From the human T2T-CHM13v2.0 reference genome, Homo sapiens: a DNA stretch of 64,000 bases. The stretch is taken from NCBI RefSeq assembly GCF_009914755.1, contig NC_060927.1; one strand, written 5' to 3'. The position numbers and the translations under genes are program-made. Below the pieces are notes generated by a model that made no database searches, was not told the origin of the DNA, and saw nothing but the letters and a program-made list of their open reading frames with translations. Of this stretch, positions 28,251 to 45,751 are shown piece after piece; the stretch's first letter is position 1, and each line of letters begins with the position of its first letter.

Positions 28251-29767
28251 GTCATCCAGATGCTCTCTCAAATGCCTTCAAGTTTGACAAATTCTAGAGA
28301 GGTCAGGAAGTGGGTTTATGCTAAAAACTTCTCCTGGACATTTTGCAAATAGAAAACCATTGATTTTCCAGACAGAAGAAAGTGAGGAAAAATGTCAGTG
28401 GGGAGAACAACATGGAACAGCAAAAACAGCCATGGACTGGGAGTCTGAGGCCCCGGGCTTAAGTACTCAGTTTGTATCTGCTTAAAATGGACCTGATTCT
28501 CCTCTGTTTTTCTGAAACAAGATTTGAGAACCAAGTAAGACAATGTAAGTGAAAATGCTTAGCAGTCCGTAAAATGTCACAGGTTTTATTATTGCTGCTC
28601 AGATGGAGGCAACCAGTCCTAAGCCGAAGGTGATTCCAATGAACCAGTCAATCACTTTGGGAGCTGGAGACCCTGCTGAGGCTCTGACCCAAGAAGCATG
28701 CAGGCCTTTCTCACTGGGAATGTATAGGGTGTGATTTAAAGGTCTAGGAAGATCTCACAGAAATGCAGCAGATGGGTGGGGAAATCCCTCCATTAGAAAA
28801 TAGTCTCTTCTTCCTTACATATACTTACCTTGGAGATATAACACATTAAAACTTAGTAACTATTAACATTTTAATATGGATTCATTTGTTGAATTGTCTT
28901 CTAGATTTATAGCTGGCTAGTGGAAGGTTTGATTTAAGTAAGCTGGGAGAAGGAGATCAATTTGGAGCAAGAAACCATGCAGCAGAGGGCAGATTGCACG
29001 AGATGAGCCGTTGGGGATGGCGGGAGGCTATGAGCATATAGATTCTTCAAGGGTGCTTGGATGAAAATCACATAGGGACCTTTTCTTCTAAGCAACCCCA
29101 CCGTCATGGAGCACAAGAATTAAAACTTGCAACCCTCCAAGGGCTTCCATTCAGCTGGAAAATTCCCAGCTCAAGCCCCTGGAACTGCTGATTGTAGAAG
29201 AGCCAGACTTCCCTGCCAAATTGACTTTCACCAACTTCCACAAAGCCTAGGCTGAAGTGATTGCTTTAGGTAATAAAGGGCAAGAGACCTGTAAGGTTAC
29301 CTGTTCCTTGGAAAGGGATGGGTGGTGACATCTCAGGTTCATTTCTTGCAGCAGTCTCCTATCCTGTCACTTTCTAGCTCAAAAGCTGTAAATGAGTCCC
29401 CAGTGCGAACGTGTTCAAATGCGCACACAGCAGTCTGACAGTTGTGTTTCCTTTGTGACTTTCCTATGAGTCTCCCTCTTCATGGTTCCTTGTCTGCCAG
29501 CCCTCCTAATCCCTCTAACCACTCACTCTTCCCTGTACCCTCCCACCTCCATTTGCACATGCCGTTTCCTCTCCTGGAATATCTTTAACCTGTCTCTAAC
29601 TAATAAGATAATGTAGCCTATTCTAAGATGTTTCTGAGGGCTTCTCACTTAGAATCAACGGGGCCCACTCCTGTGTCCAAAAGTGTGGCTTTTGTGCCCC
29701 TAGTAGAGACCCTGACATATTTCTGTTCCTTGGGACTCTGTATGTCTCATCTAAAAGTGTCAAGGCT

Positions 29768-30039
29768 CTTGGGAGGCTGAGGCGGGTGGATCACTTGAGG
29801 TCAGGAGTTCGAGACTAGCCTGGCCAACATGGTGAAACTCGTCTCTACTAAAAATTTTTAAAATACACAAAAATTAGCAAGGCATGGTGGAAGGTGCCTA
29901 TAATCCCAGCTACTTGGGAGGCTGAGGCAGGAGTATCACTTGAACCCAGAGGCTGCAGTGAGTTGAGATCATGCCACTGCACTCCAGCCCAGGCAACAGA
30001 GCAAAAACTCCATCTCAAAAAATAAAAAATAAAAATAAA
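29768..30039 (+). mobile_element. 5'-truncated Alu
   Basis: Starts at ttgggaggctgaggc; A-rich tail; degenerate TSD aaaagt(g/c)tc..gctc. Confidence 0.9.
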
Positions 30040-31608
30040 AGTCTCGATGCTCACTGAGGGAAGAACCCTTGTCTCAGCTATCTTTACTTCCTCCTCAGTG
30101 ATTATGAAAATGTTAAGCACAGAGTATTTGTTGAAAAATGATGGTTGAGTTGAAGACAAATTTATCTGTCCTTATTTGTGGGTCTCTGTGGATTCTGTGA
30201 GTAGGACAAGCCTAATGAAAGGCAGCTAACTGAGGTCTGTATTACTTGACACACACAAACACCCATAACCCCCAACCCTAGGTAGCTGATACTTTCAGGA
30301 ACACATATCTACTGATCCCTTAGTCATCTCTGAGCTTCAGAAAGAATAAAAGCTCAGTGTAAATGTTTCTATATATTAAGAACTAACTGAATTTGTCATG
30401 TGAGTATGCTAACATAGTCACTGAAAGTGTAAGAGTTTTCATATTGATTGGAAGGCCAAGGGAGGAAAGATCTATTTACCACTGAAATAGGCACATGTTC
30501 CTGGTGCCATAGAAGTGAACAACAGTGCTAACTCACTTCTGTGTACTATTTCACAACTGCTTAAGTGTGTTAATAACATAATGACCCCAATCAAGCAAGG
30601 AAATGGAGGCCTAAGTTACAAAGCTAGTGTGCAGCTGGGCTGATGTCTGAGCCCTCATTTTCGCTCCAGCGTTTCCTTTCTCAGAGGAAAGGTAAGGTAT
30701 GTAAGGAAGTTTTGTTCCTAATTCTCTCAGCTTCCCTTTCTCTTTGTGGGTCCTTTGGACTCTCCAGAAGCTTCTCACTTGTTGCTCTGATTTCTGCTCA
30801 GGGCTTCCCAATTAAATAAAATCGAACAGTGTTCCACCCCACTATGCCACCCAGAGAATATCTCCCACTTTACTTGACCTATTTTCCTTCCTAAAACCAG
30901 GCATTAAAACTGAGGTTTTCCAATGAGCCTTCCCAGGGCAGTCAACAGGGGTGGTGCTATCTTGGTCAGTGCAGGGTCTGGGAAATGAGGCCAGAAATCA
31001 ATGGCCCCTTCCCCTGGAACAGTGGAAAATACATGGCAAAGTTTCCTTTTAAGATGATCCAGAAACCTCTATTTTGAAAAAGTATGATAGAAGCCACATA
31101 AACACAAAAATCACCCATGGAATGAAAGTATCTCTGCAACAGTTCCAATTTTCTCACACTCAAATTTATGAGTATTACTCTAGACAGGTGGTTCCTAACC
31201 TTGGCTTCACCCCAGGATTGCCTGAGAAACATTTATAAACCACAGATGCTTGGATCCCAACTGAAGTGATTCTGATTCACAGGTCTGGGCTGGGCTCAGA
31301 TATCTGTATCTTTTAAAAGCTTAATTCTAGTCTGAAACTGGATTTTTACCGTCCTAGAAAACTATTAGGTCATAAACCACTGTCCACTGTCATTCCTCTC
31401 TTATCTCACTCAGCTCTGTTCCTTCTTCCCTCTCCCTGTCATCTTTCTCTTATATTTGTCTCTATTTTCTTCCTTTTTTTTTGCTTTCCTCTTGTCCCTG
31501 TCAATCCTCTGTCTCATTTTTCTTTTTTTTTTTTTTCTGGCTCCTATTTGTCTCTTCTTACTCAACCACTACTCCCCTTTTCCTTCTTGAGAACAGCAAG
31601 GGCGATGA

Positions 31609-32157
<549 letters not shown>

Positions 32158-33404
32158 GAACCTCTGATTTTTAATTCTATCTTCTCTCCTTGACACAAGT
32201 ACACTGTGAGGTTCCTTGAATCTCTCTGACCAAGTGGTTGAAATACTCTTGCAAGATTGGCAATTCTTGTCCTGTTCTCTATGTATCCGGCAGTCAGCCA
32301 AATCCCATTCCCTGATAAGGGTATTAATCTACAGAGAAAGCTCTGGGGGTTCGTGTGCAGAGATTTGGAGATCCCCAGGTTGGACCTTCATGCTTTGTGT
32401 CTTTATCCTTCTGGCTGTGCATTTCCTAATCTTACAAAACAACCAGACCTGTCCTTTATCGCATGCTTCTGGGATGCTTCCGCCCACCAGAGAGAATGCT
32501 GTTGTTAAGCTGAGTTCTCCTGCCCTCTGCTGGCTTGACTGATAGAAGGCGCCATCTAAAATTTTAGGGCAGGATTTCATTCATTCTTTTATTTACTCCA
32601 CCAACTTTCTAAGAGTGTTCACTATTAAAAAGGGTGCTCACTATGCACTATGTTATTGGTGCTGCAGTTGCAGAGAAGCATGCAAAATAAACTCTTCCTT
32701 CAAACATTCAATTATTAAACACTTTGTGCCAGTGTCTGGGCTGGGCATTCAGAGACTTGGCTTCAAAAAGAAGTCAAGATTTGGTAGCTTTTATAGATTT
32801 TTGTTCTGAGTCATAAAATCAAAGAATCAGCACTAACAGGGACTACAGATACCTTCTAATCCAGTGTATTCATTATAGCTCCTCTAATTAGGTCTAGAGT
32901 TCTCTGCACACAGTCCTTGGAGACTGTCAACATGGGGAGGACACCTGTCACAGGGATATTATTTCATTGATTAGGATTCTGCATAAAATCTCACAGAAAC
33001 AAAGGGTTTCGAGGGGAAACAATGTTCGAAAACTGCAGATTTAATACAAACCCTCCTTTTGCATGTAATCCGAAAGCTTCCCAGCCTCACAAACCTGTAC
33101 TTACAATCGATGTCACATTTTTAACTGATCTCACTGTTTACTGGCCTAATCCCTTTTTTTTTTTTCACCCATATCTCACTTTCTTTGCAAGGTCACCTTC
33201 TGGCCATGAGGCGGGGAGAGCTCCAAAGGAGGTTTTGCATGAGTTGAGCGCTCCCTCTTGTGGCTGTCCAGGATATTGCTTCTGTGCCTGGCCAGAGCTC
33301 CCTTGGTCCCAGGTCAATCCCAATGTTATGCCCAGAACTGAGGACGATTCCCTGATCCACAGCCCTCTTCATGCTGCTGTAAAGTGCCAGGGTGGAGTCT
33401 CATA

Positions 33405-33652
33405 CACCGGTGGCTTTCAAACTTTTTGATGGGAACTTATGTGGGAAAGACATTTTACATCATGACCCAGTGCACTCATGCATGCCCACACATACATTTC
33501 TCAAAACAATATTTACCTTTATTTCTTACAATAAACTATGCTATTCCAATTATTTTCTATTTTGTTTATTTTTCTGTTTAATGCAGGTTGTAACTTGGTC
33601 ATTAAGTGTGTGATCCACTCCTGAGTCACCAACATGAGTTTGGAATGCACTG
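33405..33652. mobile_element. hAT-Charlie-type DNA transposon fossil (subfamily uncertain)
   Basis: TIR-like ends ccggtggctttcaaact... and ...agtttggaatgcactg. Confidence 0.5.
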
Positions 33653-33884
33653 CCTTGAGCCATGACCCACCTGCATGCACTCGGCTGGCACTTGGACCTT
33701 CTAGGCTGCCATTCTCTCCATGGCTACTCATTCCTAAAGAGTCACATGACAACAGTCCTTGCTGCCCTGGGATGCTGGAACTCCCCTCTTCTCTTATTTC
33801 TCTCCTCTGCCTTCCATCTTTTTAGAGGGTCTCACCGCAGAGCTGCTTAGGTCCCTGGTTGTTAAGACAGTGGTGTTTACCAAG

Positions 33885-34350
33885 AGCAGTGGGCTGAATG
33901 GTGGCCCACAAAAGACATGTCCACATTTTAACTCCAGGAACCTGTGAATGCAACTTTATTTAGGAAGAAAACAAAAGGATCTGTGCAGATATAAGTAAGT
34001 TGAGGATCTTCAGATAAGAGCATCCTGGATTATCCAGGTAGATCCTAAATCCAAAGATAAGGATACTTACAAGAGACAGAAGAGAAGACACAGACACAGA
34101 GACGAAGGCCACGTGAAGTCAGACACAGAGTGAAGGGACACAACCACAAGCCAAGGAATGCCTGGAGCCACCAGGAGCAAGAAGACACAAGGAATAATTC
34201 TACCCTATAGGGTAAGATTGGAAAGAGTGTGGCCTTGCTGACACCTCGATTTCAGATTTCTGTCCCCCAGAACTGCAAGAGAATACATTTGCCTTGTTTT
34301 AAGCTACTCGTTTGTGGCAATTTATTACAGCAGCCACAGGAAACACATAT
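33885..34350 (+). mobile_element. MLT1 (C/D-like) MaLR LTR
   Basis: gggctgaatggtggccc...ggaacctgtgaatg...agccaaggaatgc...tttgtggcaatttattacagcagcc. Confidence 0.85.
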
Positions 34351-35335
34351 AGCCACACCTATCATTTCCCCAAGCTCCAAGGGGATCAGACAGAGCTGGA
34401 TTTGAGTCTGTTCCACACCATACCCGGGACCACTGCTCCTTTCCAAACCCCAAGCTTTTACATAGAGTCGGGCCCATTCTACCAAACACCTTCTTCTTAA
34501 ATATTAGATTAGACTAAGAAACTCTAGAGTCTGCTCTTGTGATGTTGCTCCTATTGCAAGACCCCACTTCACCACCCTCCCTTCTGGAAGACATGCTTCG
34601 GTCAGCTAAACCCCAACTGTGGACACGTTGGAATTTTTTCTCCCAAAGTTTCCTCAGATGTTATGCACATCAGTTTTTAAGGCTGGAAAGCAGGTGTAGC
34701 ATGTCAGTAGGGATGGTGGGTTAGGTGTGAAGATAAAAGCCCAGAAGAGTGAAATGATTTGCCCAAAGCTGCACAGTAAATATGTGGCAGGTGGATGCTT
34801 TCTCTGAATGCTAACAACATAAATATGGAGAGTTTCAGGGGTTTTTCTCCCTTCCCACTGCATTAAAGGTAAGGTAAGATCAAGCCTACCTTTCTCAGGT
34901 ATATTTTGCCTCAACTCAGCTTTTGACCTGTTTATATCACCAACTGCTTTGCTTGCTTAAGGGAAATCACTGCTCTCTCCTGTTTACCTCAGCTCTGCAG
35001 TTCCTTGCCATAAAAACTTTCTGATAAATTGGTGAACCAATGCCATGCCTTAGAGGAAAATAATAATAATAAACTATTGGCATAGCCGCATTTGAAAGCA
35101 GGAGTCACAGGGAAACAGATGTCAGCCTTGGGTTCTTAACAAGAGAACTAGTTCAGCAGAAAAACTGTGTTCTTAGAACCAGGGAGAGGCAAGATAAACT
35201 CTAGTCAGAAAAGATTCCCACAATGAGCAATGAGCACAGGAGAAAACTTCCCAATCTCCTCTAGTCCTTAGATTCCATGTCTGTCTAGAGCTGTTCCTTC
35301 AGACCCTAATCCTCATTTTCTTCTTTAAGAGGCCG

Positions 35336-35672
<337 letters not shown>

Positions 35673-35811
35673 TCAGAGGAGATTGATGCAAAAAACATAC
35701 ACCATCGTCCCAGAACCTACAACATAGGTTCCCACAACTAAATAATTCTGAAACGAGACAAGCTCCTTGTGGTTTGTTGTTGTTTGCTTGCTTATTACAG
35801 CAATTATCTTA

Positions 35812-36533
<722 letters not shown>

Positions 36534-37861
36534 CTAAAAAATTGTCTGGAAAATACCAATGCAAAATACTTGTGAGACATTGAAGGCGTGTTGACTCTAA
36601 CCTCTGTTCTTACCATTGTCTGTCCTTCCTTTTTGAAGCCACATCTTACTACTCACTTCTTGTAAATTCTTCTTTAGATGTGTGTTTCTTCTTAGTCTCT
36701 CTCCATTGTCATCATAACGGACTACCACTCTAATTCAGGACCATATTAGGTCTCCTGTAAACTATTTTAAAATCTTCCTAACTAGCTTTCTCATCATCAG
36801 TCCATCCCTTCCCTCTGCTCTCATTAGCTGCCACTAACTGCTAACCTCGTCTCTTCCAATTTATTCTATACCGTACGGTCTGAGTCCAATTCCGGATACA
36901 TATCTGATCATATCATTGTCTCCCTTCAAAACTTCAAATACAAATCACTGTTTCCAAAAAAATACCCACACTCCTTATGCAGGTTTTTGAAGCCCTTAAG
37001 AATGTAGTTCCAACTTCTCCTCCTTCAGTTTTATTTCCCACTGATGCTTCACCCTTCAGAAAACATATGTGCTCACCATTTTCTAAAATGTTCCACATAT
37101 TTTAGTCTCAAACTGCTTGTCTTGTTCCATCTGTATGCAATACGTTCATGCCCATCTCCTTCTATCAAAGTCTACTTGCTCCTTAGGGAGCATTTCCAAC
37201 TTCGTATCCTCCTGGAAGAAGTGGATACTGATATTTGGAGACCTGGAACTTATACAATTTGGTATGGAGTAGGGAGCTCTTTAGGAAAAAAAGAATACAA
37301 AATTATGAATAAAAAAACTCTTCATAGAGGAAGTTTAATAGAGATTCATAGAACAAAAATGTTTAAACATATTGAACACCAAGACTCTGAGATAAATGCA
37401 CTAGAAAACAGCGAAGCAGGATGATTGTAAAGATAAGTGTAAAATGCTCCTTACCCTCAAGAAATTTATAATAAAGCAGGAGTTTTAGAGACATGATAAC
37501 AGCTATCATACAGAACAGGATGAGTTCATTAAGTACAGACTCCAGAAACAGGTTGTGGCAACATGCCAGATGATGTTCCAACATGCTTAATTAATGTTGT
37601 CTCAGGGTGTCAAAGACTACTTCCTAAAGAATGGCATTTATCGTGGGACTTAAATAAAGGGAATAAGCCAACTTTTGGTGAAGATTGGGAGCCCAAGAAT
37701 TGAAAGCTTGGAGATCCATGTGTCTAAGGAGAGGGAACAGTAAAAATGCTCAGTGTGTTTCAAAACAACACATAGTGCTATGTGACCAATGTCCTGTGAC
37801 TGCTTCTATGTTGGACCACAGTGCCAGCGTACCAGTTGATGACCCAGGAGACGAGCCTGAT

Positions 37862-38880
37862 ATATTAGTTGTGATTAGTTTCAGCTTCAAATGACAAATA
37901 AATAACCATGGCTTTAAAAGCAGAGAAGTTTATTTCTCTCTCACATAAAATTTCAGGCGGATGGTTCAGAGCTAATAAGGCATGATGGTAGCTACCAAGG
38001 TAACTTCTATTTTGTTCCTCTCTTCTGTGTGGTCTTGACCATGATCAAAGATGGTAACATCTGTGTTGAGGCAGTAGGATAGGAAAAATAAAGAATAAAG
38101 ATGAAAGTGAAACACATGGTCATCATCTATGGGAGGTGGTATTTTCCAGTGATGATTATAGTGATGTTCTTACAATATGATTTTGACATATCTTCTATTG
38201 AAAGGTAGGGTCTTTGCCCCCAGTCTTTAAAACTAGGCAGATTTTATGACTGTTCTGATTAATAGGCTATATTAGGATTGACACTATGTGAGTTCCAAGC
38301 TAAGTCATAAAATAAAATTTTACTTCTGCTTTCCTCACTGAAATATTCATTCTTATTGCCTTCAGCCACTAGAGCAGTTTAATTGCCCCAAGGTGGCCAT
38401 GCTGTGAGGAAGTCCAAGAGCCCATATGGAGAGAAGACCTGGAGAAGTCTCAAGACCACATGAAGGAAGAGAGTTACCCAGCCAGCCCTAAACGCTGGCT
38501 GCAACTGCAACCACTGTCTGACTGTAATTCCACAAAATACCCACAATCAGAACATCTTCTCATATTTCTGACTCACAGAAACCACAAGAGATAAGAAAAT
38601 GAATACTGTCATTTTATGTTACTAAATTTTGGGATGGTTGGTTAAACAGCAATAGACGACCTAAACATTGTTTGTTTAAAAAGTTTTTCTAAAATTTTTC
38701 ACATATAACTTCTGTGTAATTTATATTCCATTGGCCAGAATTTAGTCACATAGCCATACCCAGCTGCAAAGGAGTCTGGGAAAAGTGGTCTTTATTCTAC
38801 AAGGCCATGTGCTCAGCTAAAATCTTATTACTGTGGGGAAAAGGGACTACAGATATTATGAGACAACTAGTGGTCTTCCA
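37862..38880. mobile_element. Nested old MLT1-type LTR fragments
   Basis: MLT1 motifs (gccatgctgtgaggaag; cattggccagaatttagtcacatagccatacccagctgcaaagga). Confidence 0.6.
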
Positions 38881-39017
38881 CAGCTAGAAAAGTACCTCTT
38901 TTAAAAACCAGAAATGTATGAGTACAAAATGCTAATTTAGAAAAAAAAACAATTATTTAAATATCACCTAATATGCATCTAAATCTGTATCAGTTATTTA
39001 TTTCTAATCATCTTGTT

Positions 39018-40079
39018 TGTTGCAGGAAGTCAGGGACCCTGAACAGAAGGACTGGCTGGAACCAAGGCAGAAGAACATAAATTGTGAAGATTTTATGGAC
39101 ATTTATCAGTTCCCAAAATTAATACTTTTATAATTTCTTACGCCTCTCTTTACTGCAATCTCTGAACATAAATTGTGAAACTAATTTCTTATGCTTGTCT
39201 TTAATCTCTTAATCCTGTTGTCTTCATAGGCTGAGAATGTACGTCACCTCAGGACAATCACCTCAGGACAACTATTATACAAATTGGTCGTAGAACATGC
39301 GTGTTTGAACAATATGAAATCTGATTGTAAAACATATGTATTTGAACAATATGAAATCAGTGCACCCTGAAAAAGAACAGAATAACAGCAATTTTCAGGG
39401 AACAAGGGAAGATAACCATAAGGTCTGACTGCCTGCGGGGTCAGGCAGAATACAGCCATATTTCTCTTCTTGCAGAAAGCTTGTAGACAGATGTGTGAGT
39501 AGAAGAAATATCGTTGAATTCTTTCCCCAGCAAGGAATAACCCTGGGGAAAGAATGCATTCCTGGGGGTAGGTCTATAGATGGCCGCTCTGGAAGTGTCT
39601 GTCTTATGCGATTGAGATAAGGACTGAAATATGCCCTGGGCTCCTGCAGTACCCTCAGGCTTACTAGGATTGGGAAATTCCAGCCTGGTAAATTCTAGTC
39701 CCCGGTTCCCTGCTCTTGAACCCTCTTTCCTATTAAGATGTTTATCAAGACAATGCGTGCACAGCAGGACGTAGACCTTCATCAGTAATTCTAATTTTGC
39801 CTTTGCCTTGTGATCTGTATTGCCCTTTGAAGCATGTGATCCTCATGACCTACTCCCTGTTCGTACACCCCCTCCCCTTTTAAAACTCCTAATAAAAACT
39901 TGCTGGTTTTGTGGCTCAGAGTCACCATCATGGTCCTATCAATATGTAATGACACCCCCAGAGGCCCAGCTGTAAAATTTCTCTCTTTGTACTCTTTCTC
40001 TTTATTTCTCAGACTGGCTGACACTTAGGGAAAATAGAAAGTACCTACATTGAAATATTGGGGGCTGGTTCCCCTGATA
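39018..40079 (+). mobile_element. MER11 (HERV-K HML-8) solo LTR
   Basis: Starts tgttgcaggaagtcagggacc, ends ggttcccctgata; perfect 6-bp TSD cttgtt (39012-39017 and 40080-40085); internal AATAAA at 39891. Confidence 0.9.
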
Positions 40080-40483
40080 CTTGTTTAGTTAAAATTTAAA
40101 TTGGTTTAAAGGAGTAGATTTTTAAAAGGCAAATTAGAAGGAGTAACTTCAGGTTCGAGATAGGGAACTCCGCCCAAGCACCTACTATCCAAACCTCCTA
40201 AACGTTCCAAATTCTCTGTTGGTGCGATGTTAAAAATGCAAAGTAGGGACAGATCTGTATTTACTGGAAGCCACAGATGCTCAATAGCAAATTTCTCAAA
40301 TGTTTGGATATGTATGTACTATATAGTGGCAGTCATGATAGGATTGATTTTGGACCAATCTGTGCATCTCCATATGCAAAGGAAAAGATCCTTATAGGAA
40401 TAAAAGAAAAAGACCATTTCTTCCAACCCTAGAACAAAAGCACTAACTAATGTTTCCAAGCTGGGAGCGGCAGGGTTTGATAT

Positions 40484-41630
<1,147 letters not shown>

Positions 41631-43243
41631 GATCTGGAGATGAAGACAGGTGGAAGGACAGCCGATGGGGGCAAATCTCTCTCTGCCTCTAGAACTGCAC
41701 CAGGTCCCCACACTCAGAGCATCTGGTCACTGCGCTGACTTCCAGATTAAATTCTCATGTAATATAAAGACGAAGCTTCCAAAGTCAGTTCCTAATGAGA
41801 GTCTTCATGCCAGTCAGTGAGAGAAGCAGTATCCCCACAACTTGTTCTGCAGCAGAACATGAAAAGAAAATGCTTTGCCATGTTCCTATAGTCATGGAGA
41901 GAGGCTGCATCTGGGTGAAGCCCCCTCTCGACCACCCCCTTGGCCAGCCCTCTCAAAATTTGGGCAAAATTGGCATTTTCCTTCTCCCTTTGTCTGAGAC
42001 CAAATAATTTGAAGACATACCACACAATCTCTAAAAGAACTCCCCCAGTTCCACATCCCCATAAAAATCAGCAGAGAAACTTCATTAAGCATATGAAAAA
42101 TTATAGTTCAAATCCATAAAAACAATCTAAAGAATCAGAGGAAATGTCTCTTTCTCCTATGGACAAAGTTACTGTAAGAAACAATAAAACAAGAAAAAAA
42201 CCTTACAAACTCTCCAGTTTATATTCTTCACAAGCTATGTGAAGCTATTGCACATGTTTGTGTGTGTGTGCGTGTGTGTGTGTGTGTATCATTACATCAG
42301 GCAATGTGGAAAAAAAAAGAACATTAGGTTGATACCAGAATTTTACTCCGCCACAATAAATTCCAGAGACGTTGAAATAGTGCCTTCTAAGTTTTGAGAG
42401 GAAAAGAAGTTAAAAGTGTGATAAAAGAATGTAATGGCTGGCCGTGCCATTTTTTACAGGTAAGAGCTACAGAAAGCCATTCCTAGAGAAGCATACCACC
42501 TATGTACCCTCTCTGAAAATGTTACTCACCAAAGTACTTTAAGTAAAATGAAGAAAATAAGCAAAATAAAGAACTCAAAAGTAAAGTGGACTGGTATAAA
42601 AATGATGAGGACAAACCTGTAAAGTTTAAAGGTTCATTACTAAATTTCTTATCAATATTATGGAATATAATGCATTTGTCTAATATAATTTGTGAAAGAG
42701 AATGTATAAGCTGTATTCTATGAATTTAATTATAAAATAGTAGATTATTTTGACAAAATTGGAAATCCAGGTTGGCAGAGAAGAAAGTATGTTAAATTCC
42801 TTCCCATTTACCAAAAGAATTCATAGCTTATGTAAATATTTGAAATAAACATAAGAATATAGGTTAACATATACATTTGTTTTACAACTTTCTATAGGAA
42901 AATTATTTTTTAAAGTCTAACAATTCTGTAAAGTAAATTTTTAAAAGATTAAGAAACAGCAAAACAAAGTATTTTTACACGTAGGATTTTCCTTCTCCTT
43001 AATTTCTAGATCAGCCACAAATATATTTTGTTTCATTTTAATCCAAATTTTAAAACATGCTTTTAAAATTTCCAGACACTCTAATTTCATTTTATTTTAG
43101 TTTGGTTAATTTTTTTGTTTTGATTTCTCTGTTAAATATATTACAGTCAGAAACATTTTTTCTGCATAATTTTATTTCATTTAGGTTCATTGAGACATCT
43201 GAATGCCTCACAGACACTAGAAAAAGAAATATAACATCCCTTT

Positions 43244-43790
43244 GTCAATGTCCTTAAGCCAAAGACCACCAGGAACATACCCGTCACTGAACACAGCTGA
43301 GTTTTTTTGACTCTTTGCTACAAGTGAGGATGCCCACAAGAATCATGAAGCATTTCAGTAACAGCGTATTAAAATATACTGTGGCACTTGAGCATATGTT
43401 AGGTGGTTTGGGGAAGGTTCACCTAAGCGGGGCTTTGTTCTGAACTGGTTGCTGTCAAAAAGTGAGGATCACTCTATGATTGGGTATCTTAATGAATCTT
43501 CCCTAGAAGGTGAGAAGAAGAGCATGAGGCTAAAGCTGTGATTGGTAAAGAAATAGCCACTCATACTGGCCAAGATGCAGGGTTGTTTAGTCATATCGTG
43601 GTTTGGACAGTGTTCACGTTTCTATCTGAATTCAGACGTGACTATATAGGGGGGCCTCAGGCTTGCCTTGATCTGTCGTCATCACAGAGTGGCCTTACAT
43701 GAGGTTGGTGTTCTGTGGAATTGCTCATGTACAACAGGAGAGACCTGCAGCCTGGCTGTGAGGGCCAGGCCATCCCAGGTGTCAGAGCCT
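43244..43790. mobile_element. Probable old ERV LTR (family not determined)
   Basis: About 550-bp higher-GC block with LTR-like composition inside AT-rich L1-like sequence. Confidence 0.4.
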
Positions 43791-44797
43791 GCTACTCTCT
43801 TTCCCATCTTTTATATACACACTCTGATAAGTGAGTACAAACACATATTCATATATAGTCAAAGGTTTTATATACTTTATTTTCTCTTATTAGGAACATT
43901 TAACCTTGCTTAATGAATCTACTGTATATAATGTATATGCATATATGTATATCTCTAAAGAGGTAATTCATTTTTATTGTAGAAACAAACAAAAGGAAAC
44001 AAAAAAGCAAAAGGGAAGTCATCAATACTATAATTTTCTCAATTGAATTCAACATCTGTGAACAGTTGGGACCAGAAACAAATTGGTTAGACTGGTTATT
44101 AAATTAGTTAGTTGACTTTATTTTCAGCATTAAATAAGCAAAGCTTTATGTTATTTGACTAAAGTTATCAGTTTTGTGATTTGGAGCCCAGATTAACACT
44201 CCCCACAGAGCACTTAAAGAGATAATTTATTTCTGTAACTAAAGATGAGAACTGAAACGATTCTCAGCTATGTGAGTGAGAAACAAAGATGGATGGAAAA
44301 AGATCAGAATGGAGGGACTGTTGAATTCTTGCATTAATACATGCATAGTGCCTAGTACAAAATATGTGGTCCTTCAAATGTTTGTAGAGGGCACAATGAT
44401 AGAGTTGTTCAGCACATTATTTTTGGCTTTTAAAGTTCTAAAAATGATGATAAGAGGTCTATCAAAAATTAATGCCCACAGAATGAATTTACTCCTTTTT
44501 TTGAGCCAAGAGACCTATCTTCACCCAACTCCAGCCTACCTTGATGTTTTGCTCTATTTCTAGCCAATGCTTCCAGACTCACAAGCCCCGACTCCATGGC
44601 TCTCGCCCTCCATCCTCCTGCCCACCTCTGGTACTCACTTGTTTATTGCTCCTTGAACATAAATAAACTCTGCCTCTAAGTCTTCCTTCTTCTCCACTTG
44701 GCCTGGGATGCACTTAGCTCCCTGTCAGACCAGGAATGACCTCCCAACCTACTCCTATTCCTCCTTCAAACTGTACCCTTTTCTGAGAAATCATTTC

Positions 44798-45082
44798 CTT
44801 TTTTTTTTGAGACTGACTCTTCCTCTGTCGCCAGGCTGGACTGCAGTGGCACAATCTCAGTTAACTGCAACCTCCACATCCTGAGTTCAAGGAATTCTCC
44901 TGCCTCAGCCTCCCAAGTAGCTAGGTTTACAGGCGCCCACCACCACACCTGGTTAATTTTTGTATTTTTGTAGAGATGGGGTTTCACCATGTTGGCCAGG
45001 ATGGTCTCGATCTCCTGACCTTGTGGTCCACCTCAGCCTCCCAAAGTGCTGGGATTACAGGCACCAGCCACCGCGCCCGGCC
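44798..45082 (-). mobile_element. Alu within an L2 fragment
   Basis: Antisense Alu; TSD tgaga(a/c)a(t/c)catttc. Confidence 0.92.
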
Positions 45083-45751
45083 CTGAGACACCATTTCTAA
45101 CACCACATCCCCAGGTTATGATCAGGTTCACCCCTTTCCTAGCGCAGCACTGACTAGCACACATTGGATCCCACTCCAACCACTGTAGTCCCTCTAAGTC
45201 AGGGACTATGTCTGCATATCTTTGTGGTCCTGAAACTTAGGACAAGCCAAGAATAAAATAGTCCAGAATAGATATATGTTGAACTATGAATGAAAATTAA
45301 GGAAATACAGCTGTATCTTTAGGACATACTCCCTGTCTTGTTTTTCCAAGGTTGGTAATGGGTTCGTCATCCTCATTCCACTGTCTTATTGTACTGGTGC
45401 TCTGATTTGCAGACTACCAGCACAGCATTCTTTTGTGTATTTTACTGTCCTCTTCAGGTACTCTGCAAACGGCTGCCAACCAGTAATCAGTGAAAACCAT
45501 ATTTTCTTACTCAACGGTGCAAAATTAGCACAAAGATTCACAAGGGGGTTATTAAGCACTGTAACACCTACAATATAGATATAGTTACATGATATAGACA
45601 GAAACAAAAATAAATAAGAAGCCACTCTTGACAGGTCACACAGGCCTCATAAGAGGTGGGGAACAAATATCTATTCCATCTTAAAGCAACAAAGGTATAT
45701 TATCACTGGGTTAATTTCACACCAAATAACTACAAGAGTTCTCTTCTAAAC

